A stretch of 64,000 bases of DNA from Scyliorhinus canicula. Taxonomy: Eukaryota. Location of the stretch: contig NC_052156.1 of NCBI RefSeq assembly GCF_902713615.1, positions 52,605,631 through 52,669,630 on the forward strand, given 5' to 3'. Position numbers and translations under genes: made by a program. Shown here in pieces: positions 50,651 to 62,384 of the stretch. The notes under the pieces are model-generated. The model searched no databases, was not told the origin of the DNA, and saw only the letters and a list, made by a program, of their open reading frames with translations. Position 1 is the stretch's first letter; each line of letters opens with the position of its first letter.

Positions 50651-51727
50651 CGAACATGTCTGCATTGACAGGTTCCTTGCATCCTGACCTGCTACTTAAC
50701 CCCTGATCCCTTCAGACTTTTAAAAGTTTGTTGATGTGTTGAAATACCTTTTAATGCTTTCCAGAAGCTTAAAAAAATGTTTAATGTCACCCTTACCCAT
50801 TTCCCTTTAAATTTGACTGGTGGGCATTTTTGGTGGTGAATAATATCATCCGCCTGATATCATCCCTATTGCCACTTGAACCTGGAGTTCTAAATCATTA
50901 TACAAATTATTTTAAACATGAAAACTGCTTGTTATGGGTTAAAATTCAGACCAGTATTCATACAATGCAAATTAAAATGTTACACTCTTCCATGTCCCAT
51001 ATCTGTGATGTGTGTGTGGTGGTAACATAATACTGTGTCCAGGCCAAGTTTGCACTTCTCACCATCTTTGTAGGGACCTTTGATTACCACATTGGGCATC
51101 CAAAAGTCTGAGTGAAATGCAGACATCCCAGTCTGATATGTAACTCAGATTCTAGTGCTATTGCTTGCAGTTAAATAGTAAGTTCTTAGTAGGTTTTTCA
51201 CCAATAGAATATTCACCCTACTGCTGTACCTTGAATGTAGTATTGCTAAAAGACACCAATTTAGCTTCGCATTTCGACCAATAGTAAATTTATTACTGTG
51301 GGGAGTGGAGTGGAGTAAGTAGAGAAGTGATTATTGTGACTAGTGTGGAATAAAGTGAGTTCTATCCTGTCAGCCTGGCCTCTCGTGGAGTCTTTGCCTC
51401 CGTGTACAACAAACCGTGGGATCATCTCTTTGGGAAACCTGCCTGTTTCTCTGGGGAAGAACACACGGTTTTCTGACTGAAACTGACACTTGCCCATTTT
51501 TTGAAAAACTCCGCTCAATGTATAAATGATTGACAATGAGTCATAAGCCTGTTATTGAGCCTCCTTAATAGGCTTGTTGGTAAAGGCATGGTGCTCGTTA
51601 TACCCATCACTGGTGCCATCCCAAGTCCCCTTGACTGGGTCGTTTCAATAAATCACAGGATTGTTTCAGTGCAGCAAAGGCTAATTCGCTCATCGTGCCT
51701 GCATTGACTCTTTGAATGAGCAACTCA

Positions 51728-52720
51728 CATAGAACATAGGACATAGAACATTAGAGCGCAGTACGGGCCCTTCGGCCCTCGATGTTGCGTCGACCTGTGA
51801 AACCATCTGAAGCCTATCTGACCTACACTATTCCATTTTCATCCATATGTCTATCCAGTGACCACTTAAATGCCCTTAAAGTTGGCAAGTCTACTACTGT
51901 TGCAGGCAGGGCGTTCCACACCCCTACTACTCTCTGAGTAAAGAAACTGCCTCTGATATCTGTCCTATATCTACTACCCCTCAATTTAAAGCTATGTCCC
52001 CTCGTGTTGGTCATCACCATCCGAGGAAAGAGACTCTCACTGTCCACCCTATCTAATCCTCTGACTATCTCTATTAAGTCACCTCTCAGCCTTCTCCTCT
52101 TTAACGAAAATAACCTCAAGTCCCTGAGCCTTTCCTCGTAAGACCTTCCCTCCATACCAGGCAACATCCTAGTAAATCTCCTCTGTACCCTTTCCAAAGC
52201 TTCCACATCCTTCCTATAATGTGGTGACCAGAACTGCACGCAGTACTCCAGGAGCGGCCGCACCAGAGTTATGTACAGCTGCAGCATGACCTTGTGGCTC
52301 CGAAACTAAATCCCCCTACTGATAAAGACTAGCACACCATATGCCTTCTTAACAGCCATATTAACCTGGGTGGCAACTTTCAGGGATTTATGTACCTGGA
52401 TGCCGAGATCTCTCTGTTCACCTACACTACCAAGAATCTTGCCATTAGCCCAGTACTCTGCATTCCTTTTACTCCTTCCAAAGTGAACCACCTCACACTT
52501 TTCCGCATTAAACTCCATCTGCCACCTCTCAGCCCAGCTCTGCAGCTTATCTATGTCCCTCTGTATCCTATAACATCCTTCAGCACTATCCACAACTCCA
52601 CCGACCTTCGTGTCATCTGCAAATTTACTAACCCATCCTTCTACACCCTCTTCCAGGTCATTTATAAAAATGACAAACAGCAGTGGCCCCAAAATAGATC
52701 CTTGCGGCACACCACCTAGT
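51728..52720 (-). mobile_element. CR1/HER1-type LINE, 5'-truncated, well preserved
   Basis: GVPQGSILGPLLF..INDL..KFADDTK; LVRPLLEYCVQFWSP; one frameshift; CTATGT-repeat tail. Confidence 0.95.
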
Positions 52721-53643
52721 GGCATTCCTTGTCTTCTCCCCATGACACTGCACCTTCTCCTTTTTCAGATCACAGTTTAAACATTTGGCATATACACCAG
52801 TGGACCCATTCCAGTTAGAAGATAGAATTGAGAGCAGCATTTTGCTGATCCCGGGGAGTGTTAGAGAAGAGGGAGAAATTATTGTAAGGGAGGGAGTTCT
52901 AAGTGGAGGAGGTGACATCCAAGGTTTAGATCAGAATGAAGAAAAATCATCCAGAAAATGCTATACATCGCTGTGGGATATCAGAGCAGCAACAGCATTA
53001 AAATAATGCATCCTTGACTGATATTTTCAGCACTGGGACTTCTGCCATACTTTCAGTCAATATAAACCCTCCTGGGAATATAAGAATCAGTCCTGGAGGT
53101 GTTTTGCAGGGCCTCAGATACATTCCCAAAATTAACGATCAGTATCACAGCAGTAAGCAGAAGCAGTACTGGCCTCCTTAGAGCACAATTTCCCAAGGAA
53201 CGTTCGAGAGCAGGAACCCTTTAAATCTGAGATGCCTCAATTAATAGCAACTCCTACATCCTCCTGCCCCAAATCAATTCATATTCAGCTTATTAGTTAT
53301 TTTAATAATAATTATTAAATAATTAATGAGTTATGTTAATATTTTTACGTTAAAAGGAGCGTTCAATTTTGATTTTTCTTATTTCTTTGAGTAAGTAAGT
53401 GAATATGTGCATGCACGGAGCGCGCGTAGAATTGAAGGGAGAAGGATCAATGACTGGTACTACTGCATTATTGGTTGTTTCCAACAGTGATTTCCTGGAG
53501 AATGAACTGGGTATTTTTGTGCCACATTATATTATCTGATAAATACACGGTAATTATATTTGTGAGATAACCGTGGAAATGTGTGTTTAGCAAATTACTG
53601 GAGTTGTTCAAAAATAGTAACTCAGTGAACAGCTCAGAATCAG

Positions 53644-54359
53644 GGGCAGGATTCTCCGACGCCCCGCCGAGTCGGAGAATTGCCGGGGGTCGGCGTGAAT
53701 CCCACCCCCGCTGGCCGCCGAATTCTCCGGCCCTCCAAAAATTGGCGAGGCGTGAGTCGCACCGCCCGCCCCAGAGAATAGCGGGGACCGGCGCGACTCA
53801 ATGGGCCCCGGGGCTGCCCGAAGTCTCTGGCCCGCGATGGGCTGAAGTCCCGCTGGTTGTTTGTCGGTCCAGCCGGCGTGGATCAGACTAGGTCCCTTAC
53901 TGGCGGGACCTGGCGGCGTGGGCGGGCTCCGGTTTCCTGAGGGGGCGCGGTGCGATCTGGCCCTTGGGGGGGGGTGCCCCTACGGTGGCCAGGCCCGCGA
54001 TCGGGGCCCACTGATCGGCGGGCAGGCCTGTGCCGTGGGGGCATTCTTTTACTACGCGTCAGCTGTGTCAGCCTCCATGATGGCTGAAGCGTAGGTGACC
54101 CCCGCCCTGCGCATGCAGCCACTGACGCACCCGCGCATGCGCGGGCACTCGTCGGCCGGCGGAGTCCCTTCGGCCCCAGCTGGTGTGGCGCCAAAGGCCT
54201 TCCACGCCAGCCGGACGGACGCAAAGCACTCTGGCACCAGCCTAACCCCTGAAGGTGCGGAGGATTCCGCACCTTTGGGGCGGGCCGACGCCGGAGTGGT
54301 TCACGCCACTCCGTCACGCCGGGACCCCACGCCCCACCGGGTACGGGAGAATCCCGCCC
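53644..54359. mobile_element. Harbinger MITE, CpG-rich
   Basis: TIR GGGCAGGATTCTCC / GGAGAATCCCGCCC; 3-bp TSD CAG. Confidence 0.92.
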
Positions 54360-55009
54360 CAGATTCTTGAGAAAATTGTCATGAAGCTCCCAACATCTCA
54401 AATAACTCTGTCTGTGACTGCTCGGGTCTTTAAATAAAGATTACAGTTTTCCAAAACTGAGCTTTATTTAGAGTACCAGATGAAGTTATGTGTTTATCGA
54501 AATATGTTACATATTTTGTCCTGGAATGGTTAATTTAATATATTTCCTCATTTTATGCCTTAATCACTTTCAAGCATTGCTCTGAGGGAAACTACAATTT
54601 TAAGCACAAAAGAGACAACAGATAGATTGCTCTGAACCAAACAACCCTCAGTTGTCGTCCTTTCACATTTCTCAGCTGTTGAACGATGTTCAGTGATCAC
54701 AGGAAACTGCTTTAAATTAACCTACTTATTGTGTAGCTAACAAAATCTGAGCAATGTGAGTCAATGTTCATAAGGTCCTTTGGCCAACTTGTAACCGACC
54801 ATGTTTGGATTATTCCTCATTGTCCAAGTGCTAAATGAAGTGTTCAAGCTGGAACAAGACAAAATGATGCAGCAACTGCATACAAATTATTTCTCAAGGA
54901 GTTTTGCTAAACTGGGTTCTGGGATTTAATCAAGTGTATTTTCTGCATTACTCTAGGGCACTAGAGATGATTCATATATCGCTACTACCTGGATTCAGAC
55001 AGGCAAACA

Positions 55010-55830
55010 GACAGTGGAAGCGATCAAACAGACTCGTCACACCCGATTCAGTGATGCAGCATTAATTCTCATGAGATTTGCGATGCTTGAAACACCTTAC
55101 GTGATCTAACGAGATCTTCCAGGACCTCGCAATCTGGATCTCGCCATCGCTGGGCAGACCCAGATTAACATATATAACTGATCCATTAGGCTCATTTATA
55201 TATGTCTACGCCCAATTCTCCCGAGCCTGGGAACGAACGCCTGTGCCTTGGGGATCTCGCCTTGGCACTATTTAACACTGGTCCACACAAACGTGGACCA
55301 GGCGTAATGGCACCTGCGGGGGTCTCCCAGGCCATTGGAGGCCCATGGGTTGCTGGCTCTGGGCATGGTGGTACCCTGGCACTCCGACTGGCACATGAGC
55401 ATCTTGGCATTATCTCCTTGGCACAGTCATCTGAGCACCCTGGCAGTGCCATCCTGGAACTGCCTGCATGCCTGGGTGGCACTGCCAGGCTGACAGGGAC
55501 ACTGCCAAGGTGCCAAGCTGGCAGTGCCAAGGTGCCCTGATGCCAAGGATTGATCATGGGGGTGCCCTGTCCTTAAGAGGTGGGGTGAAGGGGGCTCGAG
55601 GACCCGCTAAGAGTTAAGTTGGGGCGCTGAGTGGGGCAGGGTTTCTGGAGGCCAGGGTGGGGTGCCCGTAGGAGGTTGAGATTTCGGGGTGGCATTTAAA
55701 AATGGGGCTCCAATCTCTTCCTGCAGGAAATGAGTTCATTGCTACCTCAACAGGGCGGTCCTCGCCGAGGCCTTAAAAACAAGAGTCCCGTTTGATAGTG
55801 GGGTCATTCTCGCCTGTAGCACTGAGAAAT
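55010..55830. mobile_element. Harbinger-derived non-autonomous element, decayed
   Basis: Cluster of GGCACTGCC/GGCAGTGCC motifs; homologous to 1660-1980 and, in reverse, to 60296-60741. Confidence 0.6.
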
Positions 55831-57234
55831 AAATTTGATGCCAAAGTATACAATGACCGGAGCCATTCAGCAAATCTGCTCGCAATGTGCAATGGTTTCA
55901 ATTGTTTTTATGCATAGCACAACTTGGGTTGGGTGAGATGCTAGGGGGAGGCTAGAGGGCAGAAACAAGACTATCTTTATGGGGGCAGAGGGAAGAAGCT
56001 TCAAGCAGTGTATTGAGAAGTGGAAAAAGCAGAAGGCCAAGTGTAGCACTTCGGAGGGATGGGAGCGGGCAGAACAGAAGTAGTACATGGGGTTAGGAAT
56101 AGAGATGAAGTCAGTGTGTTTTGGAAGAAAACAGCCTGGATGGACATCCTGGAGAATGCATGAGGGGAGTTGCCAATTGTAATATGCCTTTAAGGGATAT
56201 GACATCACAAGAAGGAAATGCATCATGTGATCCATTGTTATTATCACTTTTGCTTTGAACGCAACACACACGCACCCACAAACAGCTCTGACGGCTTTGA
56301 GCTGTATACGTATGTACAACTGGTCTCTTGTGTCTGGACATAATAAATGAATCCACAATCTGTTTACCCAATCCCTTGTGTCTTGTACAGTAAATAAGCA
56401 CAAGCTATCATATTATAATAATATGACAAAACCTGTCTAATATTTTGTGAGGGTTGAAGAGAGATAAATTGAGGCCTCCTCCACTTCCCCCTCCTCTCCC
56501 CCCTGCCCCTACGCAGGCCCGAGGCTATTTCTGGAGTCACAAAGTTCATCGTTATTTTTGAGCGCTGGCATGTGAGCACTTTTCTACCTCAGGGAGCCAT
56601 GGCTTCCCACCGATACATGGAAGTCATGGACTAATACTTCAGTTATACTAGCACTAATACTAGCACTGCAGTTTGCTTCTTTCAACATGATGGCCAGGGT
56701 TCTCCGATCTTGCTTCATCCCGCCTCGCTGCAAGCAAGAACGGAGCATTTGCCGCTCAGCCAGAACTCCATTCACTGGAGCGGGACCAGAGAAACCTACC
56801 AGCATGAATGGATGGTGAATGCGACCCATACTTAACCTACACTAAAGATACACGGCACCAGTAAGGCCATATAATGTATCCATTCCAAAGTCTGTTGAAG
56901 AAAGCCAAGTCATAAATAGTTGCAGTCGTTTACTCTAAAACTAATTCCCTCAAAGAAGTCTCATTGATGTAACTGTTCTTAGCCAATTTGAGGAGCAGGC
57001 TTAATTTAGCCATTATCTTTCCACACTATGGCTATGTTTATTAACCTAGCCTCTAAAGTTACACATCAATCACTCATGGCTAATGTTATTACTATAATAT
57101 ATTTTCATAGACAAGCACTTTTCTCTGTCAGAAGGCAAGTTATCTTTCGAGTTCAATGATTGCAGTGTTTTCTCACAGGATGTTTTTATTGAATCGTACT
57201 GTGCTGTACAGTTCTATGTTCTAATCAATGTAAA

Positions 57235-57531
57235 ATAATAATAATCTTTATTGTCACAAGTAGGCTTACATTAACACAGCAATGAAGTTACTGTGAAAAC
57301 CCCCTGGTCGCCACATTCCGGTGCCTGTTCGGGTACACGGAGGGAGAATTCAGAATGTCCAAATCTCCTAACAGCACGTCTTTCAGGACTTGTGGGAGGA
57401 AACCGGAGCACCCGGAGGAAACACACGCAGACACGGGGAGAACGTGCAGACTCCACACAGGCAGTGACCGGGAATAGAACCTGGGACCCTGGTGCTGTAA
57501 AGCAACAGTGATAACCAATGTGCTACTATGA
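57235..57531 (-). mobile_element. SINE with an HE1 head and a Rex/Babar-like tail
   Basis: HE1 head and core, then a different 3' half ending TTTTCACAGTAACT..TGTGACAATAAAG(ATT)n. Confidence 0.8.
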
Positions 57532-57749
57532 GCAATTTGCTTTGGGGGAGGGGAGTGGGGGAGTGGAGGAAGAGTGAGTAAATGGGGAAAATGTGCAAAC
57601 CGTGTCGTCAATGATTCCCCAGCTTAATTAAATTATGTTCACACACAGAACACAAGCCTGCTTCACAGAATAACACAATAAACTTCAGAAATCTTAACAA
57701 TAATGTCAGATTTCAGCACACCATGTGTGGCTGCCCTTATCTTTCTAGT

Positions 57750-58150
57750 TGGCAGTGGTGGTGGGTTTGGAAGATGCTGCCAAAGGAGCCTTGGTGAATT
57801 CCTACAGTACATCTTGTAGATGCCCCTGCTCATCGGTTGTGGAGGGAGTGAATGTTGGTAGAAGGGGTGTCAATCAAGTGAGTTGCTTTGTCCTGGGTGG
57901 TGTTGTGTTTCTTGAGCATTGTTGCAGCTACACTCATCCAGTGTATTTCATCACACCTCTGACTTGTGCCTTATAGATGATGGATAGGTTCTGGAAATTA
58001 GGAGGTGAGTTACTTGCCTTGGATTACTAGTCTCTGACCAGCTCTTGTCACCACTGTACGTCTAGTCCGGTTAAGTTTCTGGTGAATGATACGCTCTAGG
58101 ATTTTGATAACAGGAGATTCAGCAATGGTAATTCTATTGAATGTCAAAGG
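57750..58150 (-). mobile_element. CR1-like LINE fragment
   Basis: Reverse homology to 43980-45155. Confidence 0.55.
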
Positions 58151-58611
58151 AGATCTTTTTCCCAATACCACTGCTAATCCTGGGCAGTGAGTTTGCGTAA
58201 TGGCTCACACTTCGACGACATATTGGGCAAAGGTTTTCCTAAGCAATTCACAAATCCAACATATTATAACATTGCTTCCACATCTACTGGTCGCTGCATC
58301 GCTACAATAGCTCTCGCCCTGTCAAAATCCAGATGAAGACATTTTGCTGTCAGTTCTTAACCTGCCGATTTGACTTCAGGCATATTCAGTTGCATTTTTT
58401 TCTTGTCAGTTTCAGGGTCACCTGGTGATGTCTCGCTCACAGTCATATTAACTTCTGATCATCTATGGTTTCTTCCACTGTAGCTCCATATCTGTAGACT
58501 AGATCATCCACTGTGCCTTTAACACTGGGAAGATCACTGACATCATGTTGTGTGTGTTGATATTCTTCTGGAGCTGTGGAAATGCCAAACACACACATAC
58601 CTTCTGTATCT

Positions 58612-58949
58612 GGGCAGCACGGTAGCATTGTGGATAGCACAATGGCTTCACAGCTCCAGGGTCCCAGGTTCGATTCCGGCTTAGGTCACTGTCTGTGCGG
58701 AGTCTGCACATCCTCCCCGTGTGTGCGGGGGTTTCCTCCGGGTGCTCCGGTTTCCTCCCACAGTCCAAAGATGTGCAGGTAAGGTGGATTGGCCATGATA
58801 AATTGCCCTTAGTGTTGGGTGGGGTTACTGGGTTATTGGGATAGGGTGGAGGTGTTGAACTTGGGTAGGGTGCTCTTTCCAAGAGCCGGTGCAGACTCGA
58901 TGGGCTGAATGGCCTCCTTCTACACTGTAAATTCTATGATCTATGATCT
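58612..58949 (+). mobile_element. HE1 V-SINE, long form
   Basis: Complete copy; no long TSD. Confidence 0.92.
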
Positions 58950-59182
58950 CCCGAATGACATGCAGAATGTAGTTGGAAAGTTGCGGCTTTCATCCAGCTT
59001 CACTTGCCAGTAAGCATCCGTCGCATTTGGGGTAGTAAAGATCTTTGCCGTGGCAAGTTGTGGTGAAATTCCGCCGATGGTTGCATGAGTAGTGAGATAT
59101 CTTCAGTGTTTTATTTAGATCCTTTGGGTCTAAGTATACTCGTAGCCTACCAAGTTTTTTCGCTGCTGCCATGCTGCTAATC

Positions 59183-59520
59183 CATAGAATTTACAGTGCA
59201 GAAGGAGGCCATTCGGCCCATCGAGTCGGCACTGGCCATTGGAAAGAGCACCCTACTTAAGCCCACACCTCCACCCTATCCCCGTAATCCAGTAACCCCC
59301 ACCTAACCTTTTGGACACTAAGGAGCAATTTAGCATGGCCAATCCACCTAACCTGCACATCTTTGGAGTGTGAGAGGAAACCGGAGCACCCGGAGGAAAC
59401 GCACGCACACACGGGGAGAAAGTGCAAACTCCACACAAACAGTTACCCGAGGCCAGAATTGAACCCAGGCTCCTGGAGCTGTGAGGCAGCATTGCTAACC
59501 ACTGTGCCACTATGCCGCCC
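59183..59520 (-). mobile_element. HE1 V-SINE, long form
   Basis: Complete reverse copy; no long TSD. Confidence 0.92.
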
Positions 59521-60295
59521 AGATTGTGAGATTTATCATATTTTGATTAATCCCCTCTTTCCAGCTCTTCTATCTTGTCCTTCAGGCTGGACTTGAGGGC
59601 AGTTGGAACTTTTCTCAGCAGATGCTGAATTGGTTTTGCGCTCTCACCTACGTCTACATGATATTCCCCTGGTGGACATCCAACCCTGTAAACATATCTT
59701 TGCACTTCTCGAGGATCCGTTTGGCAGTCAATGGTTTTGTGTCCTGTGACATGTTACGAATACCCGTTGGCACATTTGGGGCTTTACACTGGATTCAGCT
59801 GAGATGAGTGTACACCACCTATGATCTAGAAGTCTAGGCTCTCCAACTAATTTGTCCTTTCAGTATGAGTATTGCTTCATTATATAGCCTCTTCCTGACT
59901 TTTGAGGGCCTCGCCTCTCGTTCACCGTGTTGACTCACTCCACGTAGGTCTGTGAAGGTCATGGTGTTGCATGAAGCACCACTGTCTATCTGACAGTTAT
60001 TATTTGACACTCTCCTTCCGCGGTCTTTGGGACAATCACAAACCGTTCATCACCTCTAGCTTTGACAGGACCAACCTGTTGTATGTTGTATAGTGTACAT
60101 CTATAGTGCTGACACCACCCCAGTGACCATCTGTAAAGGCTTGTTTTGCTTCTTTCTAGCCAAACATTTGAGTGCAAAATGCTTCAGCTTTTTGCAGGTA
60201 AAACACTGCTATCCCCATGCTGGGAAATCCTCCTTTTCCTTTGTGCGATGATGTCCGCGGTATTTGCATCCTACCCTTTGTCAGTTCTGCTCTTT

Positions 60296-60741
60296 TTCAG
60301 CCTAGCAATGCCTCTGGCACCCTGGCAGTGCCACCCTGGCTCACAGGCTGGCAGTGCTACGATGCCTGGTTGCCAGCGGAACTGCCAGAGTATTCCATTC
60401 CTGACCACCCCGATGTCTCTAATGATGGGAGTTCCCCTAGGTGTCATCATGCCTGGTCCACATTTGTGGAAACCAGTGCTAAATGGCTCCGGTCGAGGTC
60501 TCGCAGTTGCGACCGTTGACTCCCGGGTGCCGGGTGAAAGTGGCTTCCAGGTTATCAAATGAGCCCAAAGCCCTATTTAAATATGCCGATCTGGATCGTG
60601 CCCAGCAAGGGCAAATTGCGGAGTAAGGGGACTTGCGATTGGCCCAGTATCCAGCACGATTTGGGGCATTCACAGGATTTATCGAGCACGCCCTGATGCC
60701 TGGATCGGCACTGGGCACAACACAGTGGCTAAATCATGCCC
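60296..60741. mobile_element. Harbinger-derived fragment
   Basis: GGCAGTGCC motifs; ends TAAATCATGCCC. Confidence 0.6.
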
Positions 60742-60867
60742 ACTGTTGTGTAAAGAAAGTATAAGAAGGGATTCTCTGAACATGGGGATTTGTAGAGGTT
60801 TTACATATTGCAATGGCTGATGCTACAGTACCTGGGGCAGACCAGAAAGTGTCTAACTGGAGATCAT

Positions 60868-61037
60868 GGGCTGAATTCTCCGCCATCAGGATGCTCCCTT
60901 TCGCCGGCAACCCAGGGTTTCCCGACGGCGTGGGGCTGCCCCACAATGGGAAACACCATTGACCAGCGGGCATAATGGAGCATCCCACCTGCGGGGTGAA
61001 ACTCAAATGTGGCGCGGCAGGGCAGAGAATCTAGCCC
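60868..61037. mobile_element. 170-bp Harbinger MITE
   Basis: GGGCTGAATTCTC / GAGAATCTAGCCC; TSD cat/cac. Confidence 0.75.
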
Positions 61038-61623
61038 CACACCTCTAACCAGTGTGTAATAATAGTCCTGTCATTCTTTGATATTACCATCTCCGATTTA
61101 ACATATGTTAGGTCTTATCCACCTTGCATAAATATAACCACTGTCACCAAAAAAGATTAGAACTTCAGTGTTTGGGAAAAGGAGATAAAGGGTTAATTGA
61201 CTCGTTATACCTGTATTTTGTTAAAATGTTTCTCATTTATATTGGAAAACTTATTGCTCCAAGGGGTTTGACTGTTAACCGTGAACTCTCCAGGATGTCC
61301 ACATGAGGGAATTGAAAATTGAACTGGAAAAGATGAATGTCTGTAATTATTACTGCTATAAGAAAAGAGAAAAACGTCTTGCTATTATTGGAATGTCACA
61401 GAGTCCAGCAAATGTGCAAACGCAGTTGAATAAAGACAAGAAACCAGAAAGAGGTAGTGCAAAAAAAATGCTACAGCACCTTTGTCACTATTTCCTTGCT
61501 GTCATTGCATCCTTTTCACTTGACCTGCCACTGTGTCCCTTTCTCCCCATGTTGGGATATTCTTTTCCATTCGTCCCGCAGTTCCTGTCCTGGATCATCC
61601 CCCTTGTCCTTCCAATTAGCCAT

Positions 61624-61823
61624 TTTTATAAATATACTTTTTGATTTCAATTAAGGGGCAATTTCAGCACCAACCCTGCCGTCTTTGGGTTGTGGGGGTG
61701 AGACCCACACAGACATAGGGAGAAAGTGCAAACTCCACACAGACAGCGACCGGGGCCAGGATCGAACCCAGGTTCTCAGCACCGTGAGGCAGCAGTGCTA
61801 CCCACTGCGCCGCCGTGCTGTCC
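61624..61823 (-). mobile_element. HE1-type SINE, short A-tailed variant, older
   Basis: Same short core; degenerate TSD cttccaattagccat / cttctgatcagccat. Confidence 0.8.
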
Positions 61824-62139
61824 TTCTTCTGATCAGCCATGTTCATAATGAATGGCGGATCAGGCTGAAAGGACCAAATGGCCTCCTCCTGCTTCTCTTT
61901 TCCATGTAAAGCCTTCTGTAGTATGGCCTACCCTGAACCTTAGCTCATCTGTAATGAATTCTATTGCTGTTTAGATGGAAAAGAACTTCAAAACAAGTAA
62001 TGGAGCATAGGATTGCCTATGATTTGGTGATACACCTGTGATATTACCCGGCAAATTAATGGCCGTGTTTGTGAGGCTTCTTCGGCATTGAATGGTCGTT
62101 TCTGTAATTCAAATAGTGTTGTATGATTTTCTCTGTGCT

Positions 62140-62384
62140 TGTCATGTAAAGGTGCTCAGACAGCAAGGGTTAAAGTAGGATGGGAGAATAGCACCACCCA
62201 TGGGATGATGTGTAGAGGTCACATGGTAATAGACTCCAGAAGCAGGCAGCCTGAATAGTGAGCAGGACCATACAAGAGAGTAACCTGAGATCTGTAAATA
62301 GTTAAAGAACAGTAATAAAGGGGTCACACTTCAATATAAAAGTCTCAGGCTCCTCATCACTGAGACACCATATCACCACTGACA
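62140..62384 (+). mobile_element. Probable solo LTR
   Basis: TGTCA...TGACA termini; imperfect TSD gtgct/gtgtc. Confidence 0.55.

Larger units (their letters stand above)
58155..60295 (-). pseudogene. Gypsy gag-pol remnant, split by two HE1 SINEs
   Basis: Zinc knuckle PAWG*QCFTCKKLKHFALKC; RT LRVYLDPKDLNK, YWQVKLDE, FGISTAPEEYQ, VDDLV. Confidence 0.8.

Noticed and set aside
55867-56403. 178-aa minus-strand ORF
   Set aside because: Non-ATG start, no recognisable domain and no splice support
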